This document shows positions 25,181 through 39,475 of a stretch of 64,000 bases of DNA, in pieces. A program made the position numbers and the translations under genes. The notes beneath the pieces are model-generated. The model did no database searches and was not told the DNA's origin. It worked only from the letters and a program-made list of their open reading frames with translations. The DNA is taken from contig OZ024742.1 of the NCBI GenBank assembly GCA_964016885.1, forward strand, positions 85,064,001 through 85,128,000, written 5' to 3'. The number at the start of each line of letters is the position of its first letter. Position 1 is the stretch's first letter. The DNA is from Eledone cirrhosa (lineage: Eukaryota).

Positions 25181-25273
25181 ACCCTGAGGATGCCACCTAT
25201 TTCCCGCCGCCGAATACCGTGGATTCTGTTCGGATTTAGCTGTTGAAACGACAGGAGCTCAGCCATCGGGGTC
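25181..25273 (+). ncRNA. Decayed type I hammerhead ribozyme (related copies 35635-35714 +, 37382-37437 -)
   Basis: CTGAGGA...GAAA, stem III (CGGCT/AGCCG around GAGCTC in the 37382 copy), then TC and GGGGTC; stems carry mismatches. Confidence 0.45.
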
Positions 25274-26099
25274 CCGAACTTTTCAAACACACATATACAT
25301 ATGTATATATATATATATGTGCGTGAATGAGTTATGATAATGTGTTTCGTCACTGAGAAACAGCAAACGATGCTACTCATTAACAGTCCACATTATCTAT
25401 ATTCCAATATATGGAGCTACACATGTTCGTTCATCTTCTATGTCACAGTGCCCACGATTACATAAAGTATATTATTATTGTCATCTTTTGCTTTCTATAA
25501 TAAACAACAATGACAATTTCCATTCATTTAAATTTCAATGAATCCTTCCATAAGTAATGTCCTGATTTTCGTATATTGATCGAAATCTCTGCCATTGTTC
25601 TCGGACGGTCTTGGTCATGATTTTTGTTTATTTGCCTGTTGTTATTCCTGTTGAATGTTAATGTTTCTATTTGTTATTGAAAAGAAAAAAAAACACATTA
25701 TTATTGTTTGAGATAATTTGATTTTCGGAATATAATTGTTTATGTTATATTTTTATAGTTATGTTTGTATAATTGATTTAAATTTTTTCAAAATAAAAAT
25801 ATTTATTTAACTCTGCAAATTCGGAGGAATCGAACATATTTTTCAATGAAATTCTCCATTACTAGTTGACCATATTGCACATCATGAATTTGAATTATAT
25901 TCCTTGTGCATTTGTGAATAATTTATCCATGGCAATTATTAATGTTTTTTTAAAACAGATCATTAGTGAAAACACGTTATAACAGAACGTGCACACAAAA
26001 ACACACAAAGACAAATGTATATATGCATACACATATATAAACATGTATAAATACATATGTGCATTTATATACATATATATATATATATATATATACACA

Positions 26100-26175
<76 letters not shown>

Positions 26176-26477
26176 AGTTTATGTATATGTTCTGCTAGAT
26201 TATTGATGTGAAATCCTGTGTTGAAACCAATATTTCTATATTTGCTGATCGTTATTTTGCAATATTCCACATAGAATGAAACACCCGCACCATATAATTT
26301 ACACGTGATCTTTATTGTTCGTTTTTCAATCGTCTGTCAAAGTTCTTTCGTCACCCAAACCGTGAGGTCACCAATGATTCTCTGTTTCGTGCATCCCCTT
26401 TTTCCTGTGCTACCCAATCTGCTGGCGACAGCAGTCCATGTTGAACTGGCATGCACAGAAATGATGTAATGTTATTA

Positions 26478-26620
26478 GATAATTGTTTCTACTTTTGTCA
26501 CAAGGCCAGCAATTACCGGGTACATTACTGGTACTTTATTTTATCGACCCCGTATGGATGAAAGGCAAAATTAACCTCGGCGAGATTTGAACTCAGATCA
26601 TAAAGGGACGTAATGTTATT
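26478..26620 (-). mobile_element. tRNA-derived SINE, same family as the 56-58 kb array
   Basis: Shares the TACTGGTACTTTATTTTATCGACCCCG...GGATGAAAGGCAAA...GATTTGAACTCAG core. Confidence 0.75.
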
Positions 26621-26741
26621 AGATAATGATATTGAAACGAAGTCATTGGATGAGCCGATGTTTCTCCAAACGCTTTCACATTTAACCGATGGTTGAATTA
26701 AGCAAGCATCATTTAAATAGCAACAGTATATATATATATAT

Positions 26742-27328
26742 GATGGCTTCCCCCTCGTTATCGAGTATGGCCATTGCACGATATACCATTATTAATAATT
26801 ATTAATTAATTCTATCGTACAATGCCTGTGCATGAAGATATGTTTTAAAGTGATGAAAAACCTTACACTGAGCCAATTCCACTCTCTGAGCGACAGTAGC
26901 TATAGCCCGAAAAGAAGAAAAGATCAACATCATCGGTAACTACTGAGTCGCACGTTTTCTGAGTTGCCTTCTAGAAGAATGCCTTGACAAAGGTTAGGGG
27001 TCCTTCACTGCCAGTAGTTTAACCGCGTGGTCTGGTGTCCAGCCCGACTATTTCTATTCCCCCGCGCATATACATACATGTGCACACATGTATATACATA
27101 TATACATAAATATGTACATGTGTATATACATATTTACACAATTTTGGATGGCCGTTGACCCTTATGAGTTCTTCCGCCCTTTGTCTGGTTTTGCTTTTTG
27201 TCCTGCAGGGTGTCTAAAATCACCCTCCTCGCCAAGTAAACTTAGTGGGGTTGCCGGTTTAGTCCCCGACGACCAGACTATGCGATGGGTTGTATTGGGT
27301 TACATGTTACCAGTAGCACACAAGAGTG
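26742..27328 (-). mobile_element. Non-autonomous RTE derivative, second copy
   Basis: Homologous to 24480-24893, with an RTE-type 3' end GGCCATACTCGATAACGAG...GCCATCAT; flanked by TA repeats. Confidence 0.6.
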
Positions 27329-27333
27329 ACTCG

Positions 27334-27371
<38 letters not shown>

Positions 27372-27654
27372 CAATATGTATATATATATATGTGTGTATA
27401 TCTATACATATGTGTGTGTGCGTGTGTTATATTATTTATATATGTTCATACATGGAACAAAAGTGTTACCAAACCTTTCAAACCCTAATATTTACCATAG
27501 CTCCAGTTTGTAATAGGAATCACAATTGTGACCTACACTTTATGCAATTTTATTCTTGCCCGAAAAATATGTTACACTAGTATGGAGAAGAGGTCTCTTA
27601 AAAACTTAAATAATGGTAGTTAAGACGGGATTAATTCACCATAATCGTTAATTG

Positions 27655-28590
27655 CATGTTATATATTTCTGTTACATGGTTACTCGTGCGACTTCTTCAG
27701 ATCCTTACGCAATCATAGATGCAATTATGCAATCGTTGTGATATCCCGTCTATCTATCTATCTATCTCTATACATATATTGAGAAAGATGAAATAAGAAA
27801 GATGGCATTAGATAGTGATATATATATATATATATATATATATTTCGTTCTGAATTTGTTTAGCAGGATTTTTTATCTGAAAACGTTTGTTGAAACCGAT
27901 ATTGTTATGCATTGGGAGGGACACTGTTTGCGCACGCATGTGTTACATCCGGGTGTCTGTGTGTGTTTATATTTGTTTATTTATTTGTTTATTTACATGT
28001 TACTGGCTGGTTGTTTGTTCTATGTATGTGTTTTCATTTTGTCCTTAATTGTAAGTTGTGATGTTGCTATTCCATTCATGTTTTCTATTTAATTTTCGTT
28101 GGAGTTCATTTATGTTTATTGCCTCTGTGATTTGCCTAAACATTGCGTCTTTTCTGTGTGTAGATTCTATTTTTATTTCTATGTTCTCTAATTTACCATT
28201 GTGTTCTATTTTAGCATGTTGGTGGAGTACAGATGATTATTTACTATCTTGAAGCTCTCGCCAGTGTTTATTTATCCGTTCCCCAATACTACGAGCTTTC
28301 TCACCTATGTACACTATATTCTTATCTCTACATTGTCCTTCAGTACATATTATGCTATATACTACATTTCTAGTTTTACAGTTAATATGAGGGCTTAGTT
28401 TACAGATTATACATTTCTTATCTATATAGGGATGTCATTGAAAAGGGTATGTATTACTAATAAGTGTTTTTATGGAGGTACCTGGTCTTTCTACTCTCTT
28501 AATATTGCGTTTATGTTTATCTAGGGCCCTTCTAAATTTGTAAGCTAATTCACCTCTAGGGGCTGTATCGATGAACATTACACCCTGGTA
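27655..28590 (-). pseudogene. Naiad-like Penelope 3' fragment (GIY-YIG, 3'UTR, decayed hammerhead at 27655-27705)
   Basis: YQGVMFIDTAPRGELA...ERPGTSIKTLISNTYPF parallels [16 protein letters not shown]...[17 protein letters not shown] of the 22464 ORF; CTGAAGA...GAAATATATA lies downstream. Confidence 0.7.
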
Positions 28591-28637
28591 TTTATTTATA
28601 TATATATATATATTATTTATATATATATATATATATA

Positions 28638-28747
<110 letters not shown>

Positions 28748-28830
28748 CAATTATAAATAAGAAGAGGTCATATTTTGTATTACCCAATTAGCATATAGAC
28801 AATTATCAGATATATTACATTACAGAAATA

Positions 28831-29298
28831 CAACATCTAAAACAATCACATTTTTGTTTAATGTATTTAATTGTTGACGATCGTTTCTTCTAGACAAATA
28901 TGTGGGACCATCGGAGCATATACAATATTAAAAGAAGTAATTAGATTCTGGTCAATAGAATATTAAGATACATTATAGTTTACAGTATCGATATTAAAGA
29001 AAAAGAACAACACAATAATCTTAAAAGTGTTTTCAATATTTATGAAGAGAGTAATACTTAAAGTCAATATATCAAGCTATTATTAACAAAGAATGTTAAT
29101 AATAGCATGCGTTAAGGTAAGACAGATGCATAATCGGAGCATGCATATATGTGTCATGTAAACAGTATATGCGGAATTAGTTGCAGAGAAAGATGTTTAT
29201 GCAGGTGGTAATATAAAAAAAGTTTATATTTGTCTGGAAGAAACGTTCGTCAGTTTTTGAATACATTAAACAAAAAATGTATTGTTTTTTATGTTGCA
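28831..29298. repeat. Block A' with ~70-bp imperfect terminal inverted repeats
   Basis: 28831-28905 is the reverse complement of 29225-29296 and includes a GAAACG(T/A)TCGTC hammerhead half-site. Confidence 0.7.
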
Positions 29299-29454
29299 TA
29301 TATATATATATATATTAATTTTACATATATATACATATAAATATATATACACACACAAACACACAGATATACATACATATATGTGTGTGTCTGTGTGTGT
29401 ATATATTTACAGGTATATATAAGTATAATTATATATATACATATATATATATAT

Positions 29455-32400
29455 TCTTTAGGTCGTTTTGGAAGTCTCAACAATGCAGGTGGGTAATTCT
29501 CTGGGTAACAAGATCCGGTGCTGGAGAGAGAGATGTAAGTGAATGTAGAATGAGATGTATAGTGTGTAGAAGAACGTAGGAAAGAGCGTAACAAATAAAA
29601 GTAATAACACGAGATAGAGTTACCACTCTCACAATTAAAAGAACTATTTCAGCCGCCCACCTCTGTTTGACTGACCCCAGTTATTACTCAGTTATTCAAA
29701 ACAACGAACAGTAGAGGACACGTATCGATCCTATCCGACATATAAACGTAAACTCTCCCCCAGTTGATGGATGTGAATCCGAAATATAGGGACAATTAAA
29801 TCTCTCCCAATGTAATTCTATCTCGTGTTATTTTTATTTTTTATGCTTTTTCTTATGTTCTTCTACACATTATACATCTCATTCTACATTCACTTACATC
29901 TCTCTCTCCACTACCAGATCTTGTTACCCAGAGAATTACCCACCTGTATTGTTGAGGTTCCAAAACGCCCTAAGGAAAATATATCCTCTTATTCCACAAT
30001 GCTTCAAGCAAACTTCAATACTCTCTTATCCTGAGCCAGGAATTGTTTGCATCCGTAAGGGAACTGTTCAGACTGTCGGTGAAATGGGCCAATGTTGGCT
30101 GTCAAATTATTTTCCTGAAACGCTGCCTAAAAAAACGATGTCATCCCCACCACCATCAGGAACATCCACTCACCAGGATGCCTACATACACCAGCTTTTC
30201 AAAACCCCACTAGCCGCATACATCGCACGTGTATCAAACAGATCCTGAGATATCTCAACCGCCAATTGCACATCCATAAGCGGACACTCTCAGAGCGGAC
30301 ACATCGACTGTCAGTAACACCCGGCGACTTGCTCCTTAAAATCACTAAAACAATCGACCAGTGCTACCACTCCAGAGTCCAACACGAGAAAAAACGGCTC
30401 GAGCGTAAATATGAGTGGATCCTGTCTAAACTCCACAACGAGAACACCAACACTAACAAACAGACACACCAGAACCACGTGGAAAACAACAACGTAACAA
30501 CCGCCGCCGATGCATCCTCCAACACTGAGCCACACCTCAACGATGCGACGCACCTGGTCGCCGACCTAACCGGCACTCTCACGAGCGACGAACTGAAACG
30601 CCTACGCCTTGGACCCAAGTTCATCGTCTCACAACGACTCGACGACAGACTCAAACTCGACATCGAAGCCAACTTCTGTCGAGCCGAGCCGCCTACCAAC
30701 TTAAATAGGTGTCCGCCATCAACAACGCCACAGAAAATAACAGCGCCCACGCAAATCACGCTAAGTTCCCCCACATACCACACCGCCAACCCACTCCACC
30801 TCCACCCACCAACCACGAACTCGACACTAAACTCATCAGGTTAAAACACTCCATCTCGGATATTCTACACAAAAACACACACACACGCACAACACACAAC
30901 CTCACCAAATCCCAACTCACCTCTCTCTCCAACCTGAAATCGAAGAATCTTATCTACCTCCCCTCCGACAAGGGAAAAGAATTCTGCGTCATCAACAGAG
31001 AGGCCTACAACATTCTGTCCCTCCAACACCTTGCAATGACAACCTCTACTGCAAGGTCACTGGAATTACTCCCGCGCAGATAGAGGAGCACATCAACGCC
31101 GCCTGGGCGAACATCTGCGACCGGCGGAAGCTCCCGAAGAATATGAGATACAACCACATCACGAGGAATAGCAGACTACTCGCCTTCTAACACCTCGTGA
31201 AAACACACAAACAGGGACCCGACCTGACGATCAAACCCATTGTATTGACCGTGGAAGGACCGCTCTACAAAATGTTATGGCTCCTAGGCAGAATACTCAA
31301 ACCCATCCTAGACACAATGCCAGGATACGTAAACAGCCCCGTGGAGGTGTTGGAGCGCCTGCATCAAAAGGAGCCCGACACCAGAAAGGCTAACAGATAT
31401 GCCTTCAGCCTTGATGTAGTCGTTCTTTACACCTCGGTCCCGGCACTCCCGACCGTTGATATACTGATGGTACGCGTCCAATCTACCGACCTACACTGCT
31501 TCGGGCTCACCACCACTGACATCCATCAACTCCTATCCATCGTCGTTCACAACACATACTTCGGATTTCTCGCCCAAACATACCAACAAACTCGGGACTG
31601 CCCATGGACTCAAGCATGTCGAGTTTGCTAGCGATCTCATACATGGACAGCCACGAACGCAAGGCACTCAACACCTGCCGCCCCAACGACGTCGCCTTCT
31701 TCTCAAGGTACGTGGACGATATCCTCCTCCTCACATCTTCCCAGGAGATGGCGAACAGAATCTATGAGACGTTCAACAACACGGACGAGAATATTGATTA
31801 CAGTGTTGAACACCCCAGCGACCATGGGTCCCTTGCCCTCCTCGACCTCCGAATCAACATCACAGAACAGGGAGCTATATACACCAACTTCTACCGCAAG
31901 GCAGCCTGCAGGGACCTGTTCGTCCATTACAAGTCCGCCCTCCCTAACAGTGCTAAAATAAGGTACATCACGAACGAGATCATGCGAATTAAAAACAGAT
32001 GCACCGATCCCACGAGTGGTGTCACCCATACCAAGCGATTCCTCAAAGTTCTGGAGACGAACGGGTACCATGCCTCACTCACAAACAGAATAAGAGACAC
32101 CAGACGCAAGAGGCAGAGAAAGACCCAAGACAAGTGCTTCCTTAAAATACCACACCTGGTCGAAAATACCACCAAAGCTATCTGCAGGGGTATACGGAGG
32201 GAGGGCTTCGACATCCACCTGACCCACTCGGACCCCTCCCTGCGAAGATGCCTCTCCAGGAAACCCGGGAAATCGACTGACGCGTGCTCCCTCAGAAACT
32301 GCCCGATGCACCATACGAACTGTTGCTCACGCACATAAGTCGCGTATAAGGTAGAATGTAACAACTACTATATAGGTAGCACAATCCGGCCGCTACACAT

Positions 32401-33343
32401 CCGGATCAAGGAGCACATCAACACCAGGGTCTCATCTTTCCGGAAACACTTAACCAAATGTGGAAACAAAGACGGAAGGCCCATTGTCGCAGTGCTAACG
32501 ACGGAACGAAACGTCTGCACATTACGAATCAAGGAAGCACTTTGGATCAAACGCCTAGAGCCACAAATAAATAATCGATCCGAGAGAAATGAGGTGGTTG
32601 GTTTAAACAAAAGATGCAACAGCCCACGCACACACACACACAAAAGCGAGACAACAACACACGCACACACACACACAGTAGCATTCCACCATACGAATAT
32701 ATACTACACTGCTAATACAGATAAACGAGGCAACGACACACGCACGCACACACACACACAAGCGAGACATCAACACACGCACACGGACATACACACAGTA
32801 TCATTCACCAAACAGATTAGGGAATACGACGACCACACGAATACACTATTCAACACTGGAAATACAGAAACCAGCACAGGCAGATAATACAATGGTTTGA
32901 CAGTTAACGCCATCCCACTCCCACAATTAAAATAACTATTTCAGCCGCCGTCCTCTGCTTGACCGACCCCATTTCGCGCGCGCGCTTTGCTGAATATCTC
33001 AGTTATTCAAAACAACGGACAATAGAGGATACGTATCGATCCTATACAACAGGTACCCTCCCCCCGGAAAACCCCCCAGTTGATGGATGTGAATCCGAAA
33101 TATAGGGACACTTTAATCGCTCCCAACGTAACTCTATCTCGTGTTATTATTTTTATTTTTTACGCTCTTTACTACGTTCTTCTACACACTATACAGCTCA
33201 TTCTACATTCACTTACATCTCTCTCTCCACCACCTGATCTTGTTACCCAGATAATTACCCACCTGAATTGTTGAGGATTCCAAAACGACATAAAGAAATT
33301 TATCTTATTCCACAATGCTTCAAGCAAACTTCCATACTCTCTT
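29455..33343 (+). mobile_element. Full-length but decayed Penelope-like element with pseudo-LTRs and an inverted 5' segment
   Basis: Direct repeats 29624-30030 and 32915-33343; inverted copy 29455-29623. Frameshifted ORF from ATG 29999: FLKRC, LGPKF, PSDKG, SLDVVVLYTSVP, RYVDD, FYRK...SALP, YIGSTIRPLHIRIKEH, EALWIK...PQIN. Confidence 0.9.
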
Positions 33344-33344
33344 A

Positions 33345-33611
33345 TATATATATATATGTTTCTATAAAATTTAGAAATGGCTTCAACAGGTATAATACTC
33401 TTTATTCGAAGAAAATCGTCACGATTTCCATCTAATGAAACAGTTCTAGTCCTGTAGAAGCAGGTTCTAAATGTCGTATATACTCTAGTAATGTCATGAG
33501 TGGTTACTTACTGTGTTTCCACTCGATTTAACCCGGGACTCTCTCTCCCCCCCCCCTGTCTCTTGCTATCTCCCCCATTTTTCTCTCGCTCTCTCCCTCT
33601 CTCTCTCTATA

Positions 33612-33704
<93 letters not shown>

Positions 33705-33737
33705 GTATACATACGTATATACATATATATATATATA

Positions 33738-33774
<37 letters not shown>

Positions 33775-33809
33775 CTGTATACATACGTATATACACATAT
33801 ATATATATA

Positions 33810-33852
<43 letters not shown>

Positions 33853-33885
33853 ATCTGTATACATACGTATATACACATATATATA

Positions 33886-33920
<35 letters not shown>

Positions 33921-33946
33921 CTGTATACATACGTATATACATATAC

Positions 33947-34041
<95 letters not shown>

Positions 34042-34150
34042 TATATGTGTTTATACTTGTATATATTTATGCATACACACACATATATATCTATCTATCT
34101 GTGTGTGTTTGTATGTGTGTGTGTGTTTGACTCTGTGTGTGTATGTGTGT
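33345..34150. repeat. Block B' followed by a compound (TA)n minisatellite
   Basis: Four CTGTATACATACGTATATAC units separated by TA runs. Confidence 0.85.
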
Positions 34151-34648
34151 GTTTGTGTGTGTGTGTGTGGTGTATGGGTAACCACCTCAACAAAGATATT
34201 AATGATTGCTGCAACGGATTTGGGGCAAAATCCCAAAAGTTCTGGAATAGGATCTTCAAAACCTTGTCCCTGTAGTTTTTAGATACGATATCCTGGGCTG
34301 ACGCGATTTAATCTAAGCTCTCTCATATACATTTTCAATGTTTTCATCTTACACGCCTTTGATATTTTCAATTAGTTCAAACCAAATTCTGGTTGAAAAT
34401 GTAAGAGAAATATAATCATGATCCATTGTTTTAAGTAAATAAATGGTGTTTATTGGTAAGAAAATTGTCGCGACAGAAATGGATGTCTGAAAGTCTCGGC
34501 ATGAGAGAATGTGAAGAAACGCAGATTTTGGTTTTTGGTGCATCCATGCGAATTATTCCTATACGTACATACATACATATACACACACATACACACATAC
34601 ACATATATACACACACACACACACATATATATATATGCTTAAATATGC

Positions 34649-34716
<68 letters not shown>

Positions 34717-34776
34717 TGCAGATTGGAGCTCTCGAGGGGTTTACGCTTTTTTGTTTGTTTATTCCGGGGTAATGTA

Positions 34777-35193
34777 AAATAATTAACTCAAATATGTAAA
34801 ATTTGGCTTCGCTTATTATAAAAGATAGATATACTGCTATATATATTTCGGTAACAGCCATCAGTGCTGTGACCTCTTCAGGCAGTCCGAATTGGTGTGG
34901 GAAAGGCAGGTACATATGTTGTTGAAGTGTGTTTTACTCCGTTAATACATAGATATGTCCATCTCCTGGTTGTGTTGTTATTCCATATGTTTCCAGTTCC
35001 TGAGAGGAATAACAACACAACCAGGAGCTGGAGATATCGATGTATTGACGGAGTAAAACACACTTTAACAACATCTGTACCTCTCTTTCCCTCACAAATT
35101 CGGACTGCCACTGATGGCTGTCACCGAAATATATATAGCAGTATATCTATAATTTATAGTAAACGAAGCCAAATTTTACATATTTGACTTAAT

Positions 35194-35199
<6 letters not shown>
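34777..35199. repeat. ~200-bp-arm inverted repeat (two Penelope pLTR-like fragments in inverted orientation)
   Basis: 34777-34984 is the imperfect reverse complement of 35005-35199, with a ~20-nt spacer. Confidence 0.85.
34834..34885 (-). ncRNA. Minimal type I hammerhead ribozyme
   Basis: Minus strand reads CTGC-CTGAAGA-GGTCACAGC actgatg GCTGTTACC-GAAA-TATATA-TA-GCAG: intact core, stems I and II, palindromic stem III loop. Confidence 0.85.
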
Positions 35200-35252
<53 letters not shown>

Positions 35253-35411
35253 TCTTGAGAGAGATCTTGAGTTTATGTTGGTTGTATACCAACACCTCAG
35301 TATGCAGCCTGGAGCACTCGACGAAGAGCGCAGGTTGGTTTGGTTACCCCGGAGTAGTGTAAAATAAAGTTAAATAAAAGTCAAATGATTAAAATTTAGC
35401 TTCGTTTATTA

Positions 35412-35464
35412 CTGCTATATATATTTCAGTTACAGCCATCTTTGGCTGTGACCTCTTCAGGCAG
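35412..35464 (-). ncRNA. Minimal type I hammerhead ribozyme (same family as 34834-34885)
   Basis: CTGC-CTGAAGA-GGTCACAGCCA aaga TGGCTGTAACT-GAAA-TATATA-TA-GCAG. Confidence 0.82.
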
Positions 35465-35583
35465 TTTGAATTAGTATGGTATAGACAAGTACATATGTTG
35501 TTTAGGTGTATGATATTGTCAATACTCTGATATGCCCAGTTCCTTGTTGGGTTGTTAATTCACTGGGGAACTGGAGTCATATG

Positions 35584-35617
<34 letters not shown>

Positions 35618-35744
35618 ACGAAGGAGTTGTGGTCGGGAACCAGATGGACCATAACGCACCAGAGTCCAGCAATAGCGGTCGAAACGGAACTGTTTGAGCT
35701 CTGCCGTCGGGGTCATACTTTCTCCTATATATATACACACACAT

Positions 35745-35784
<40 letters not shown>

Positions 35785-36621
35785 GAATATATCAATGATA
35801 TTAATAAATGGAAACTATCTTTATAAAACCATATTTAATTTATTATGTATATTTCAAGGGTACCAACAGTTTGAAGCGCACACATAAGATAAAATACAAA
35901 AGGTGTTTCATAAATATTGACATATCCAAAAATCAAGAACGTATCGTCTTAAGTTCAGTTTGGATAGTGAAAGAAATTTCAAATCTTAGGATGAATATTT
36001 TAATGAGGCTAAACGTACAGTTGAAAAAGATCGTATATTTAGACGCTAGGTAAATTTAAATGATTTTTTAAGGGAAGACGAGAGACAGGTTAATATTAAT
36101 ATTAAGGTGTAAGAAAATTTAAGGAATGAGTATAAGAAAATAAATTATATTATAGTTAGAAATACACTATTATTATTAAAATATAATTGTATGGATAATA
36201 TCAGTGAAGGTGTAAAGAGAGAGATACAATTATATTTAATTATAATTTTACACCCCGATGAGACCCATACATGTGTTGAAGTGGTGGAATACCAATTTTT
36301 AAAATTGAGAGATAGTACTAATTATTAGATGTATTCTAATCGTGAATTATAACATTATATAGATAATATTTATAAGTATATTTTATGAAAAATTAAGATT
36401 GTAAGTGTATTTTACTTTATTATATTACAACAGGTTTTTTTTATATACATACTTATCTAAATAATTTTGGTGAGTATATATGTGTTTTTCAATACATAGA
36501 TAATTTAAATATTTTTATATATGTAGGCGTTTCGATGAATTTCGTGTTTACATTTTCAATATATAGTTAAGAAAAAGGAAGTAGTTCTAGTGTTATTAGA
36601 GAAGATTATTTTGTACATTCT

Positions 36622-37012
<391 letters not shown>

Positions 37013-37034
37013 ATATATATATATATATGTCTAG

Positions 37035-37350
37035 GGCGGGTAAAATTCCCGAGACCCATGGAGTTCTCTTCAGTGTTCTCTGTCCCTCATTATCGCTGCC
37101 ATGTCCTGCGTCGTCTGTGTCTCTCCTTAGGGCATCAACATATGTTAATGTCGGTCTTCGTATTCCAGTGTGTCCATGATGGTATGACAGAGTTCTTTGA
37201 GATACTGGCTGGAATGCTTCAGGGAGATACATTGGCTCCCTACCTTACTTTTCATCGCAGTGGGCTATTGAGTGCGCCTTGCGCTGGAGAAACACCATAA
37301 CTCTGGCTTTACAGTAACACCGGCTCAGAGCAGGAGAGTTAAGGCGAAAA
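37035..37350 (+). pseudogene. RTE RT fragment joined to an inverted 3' fragment
   Basis: DGMTEFFEILAGMLQGDTLAPYL on the plus strand; RRPTLTYVDALRRDT (RTE C-terminus) on the minus strand. Confidence 0.65.
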
Positions 37351-37455
37351 GATATATATATATATATATAGGAACGAGTAGGACCCCGACGGCTGAGCTC
37401 AAGCCGTTCCGACGGCTAATTCTCATCCACCTGGTTCCTTACCACATTTCCCTCG

Positions 37456-37535
<80 letters not shown>

Positions 37536-38674
37536 CTTCTGAATTCATATTTATTCTGATGTGTACGGCAATATACATTTGAAATATTTTCACTATGCAC
37601 TACATGAATTCATACTATGTATCAGACATAATTAATAATTTATAAACCAACAATATGATTCCCCTTACCTTCCACATAATGATTGGTAATTGTATGTACT
37701 TGTCATTTGTGTACATCTTATATTACATGAAAACGAATTTAAAATCCAATGTAACAGACAGATATACAAAAGACATATATCCATAGACTTCAATTAAGTA
37801 ATACGCTTTATTACATTCGTGTTTCACGTGCAATGTGTAATAGAATGTTATGCAAAATGCGTAGATTATGCCATAAACTAGGATAATCAAATATCCGTTG
37901 TTCCGAGAATAAAAACGAATACATAGTTCATAATAAGCTGAAATTTTCGTGAAGTGGCTAGTATAATGCGCTTATGCTTGCCTATTGTATTAACTACAAC
38001 CCTCGTCTGCCTCGGTTTGAAATACAATGGAGATAATTTGGAGAATAATTGTCACGTACCTACTGCGTCGACTAGATAGAAAAATAAAATTAGATATGTG
38101 AGAGAGTAGAGAAACTTAAAGCTATACCTACAGATAGTAAAACAGTACAATAGATATCCATATACTTTCTGGTGAAGGGGGGAACAATATAAACCCTGAG
38201 CGCTCGCCAATAATTTAATATCACCGCCAAGATATATTGCTGAGAGGAATCTCATTAAAATCAAATCTGATGTGTAAAATCCCAAGGTTACATTCACCAT
38301 AGTACTAACATATGTTAATGACCTGATGCTCTCTTTTTTATGATTTTATATCTTTTGGCATACCTACCATTGCTTCTGGCTAAAGCTGAACTTTATAGTT
38401 AACGTTCAAAACGCTACTAATTGCAGCATTGACAAATCTTGAATAGCTGATGGTTTAAATGCTGCCTTATTTCAATAGATGTTCAGTGCGTCATTCTATA
38501 CTGTCATTTAATTCTCAATAGCAGTTACGTGCAGTCGGATTCTATCAGCAACATTATTTTCGGACTCAATTTTTTATCAATCCTCATTTCTTTTTGATTA
38601 CGTCCTCAAACAATCGTATTATCAATTAGCACACACATATATATACAGCTATGTCGCACATACATGCATAAACA

Positions 38675-38702
<28 letters not shown>

Positions 38703-38707
<5 letters not shown>

Positions 38708-39356
38708 TATGAATAACGAGTTCTAAACTCAAACAGTCCTTTACAATGAAATAGCTCAAAGAAATAAGTATTTCTGAGCCGTGTAATACAAGTTAATATA
38801 AATTAATATATATGATAAACACAAATACCAACATATAAGTTTTTGTATTGTAAATGACTAAGTTAGCTAGATTGAAAAATACTAATTATAATAATACAGT
38901 TTGCCTGTCTCGATTTAAAATAATAAATCAATAAAAACAAATGATATTGGCAAATGGCCGTGGTACTTTGACAAATTTAAATTTCAAAATCCAAACCTGC
39001 TCCGTAGATAAGTTTAAACTTCAAAATCCAAATAAGTTTCGATAAATGAAAAAGTGAAAAAATACCAAATTCAGATCTCATCAGCAAGTACCCTTAAAAA
39101 TTGGTATGTTTCACTTCAAAATATTTAAGAAGACTGATTAACGCACATGATTTTTCAGTGTCTAGCTGCCTCATACTCGTGCTGCTAGAAATAAAAGCCG
39201 TTTTTAGGGGGCTAAAAATTAGCTCGGCAGAAGGAGCCGTGATACTATGAATAACGAGTTCTAAACTCAAACAGTCCTTTACAATGAAATAGCTCAAAGA
39301 AAGGAGTATTTCTGAGCCGTGTAATACAAGTTAATATAAAGCACGAGTATGTAACT

Positions 39357-39418
<62 letters not shown>

Positions 39419-39475
39419 AGTTACATACTCGTGCTTTATATTAACTTGTATTTACAATACAAAAACTTATATGTT

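Noticed and set aside
33700-33960. Repeat-spacer pattern resembling a CRISPR array
   Set aside because: Spacers are just TA runs, the context is eukaryotic and there are no cas genes; it is a minisatellite.
33500-34282. Long poly-YI/CV ORFs here and at 4.8, 22.2, 36.7 and 62 kb
   Set aside because: Translations of (TA)n/(TG)n microsatellites, which lack stop codons.
35800-36620. Minus-strand PLE RT-like remnant (SFTIQTE...FLDM)
   Set aside because: A single weak motif among many stops; boundaries cannot be supported.
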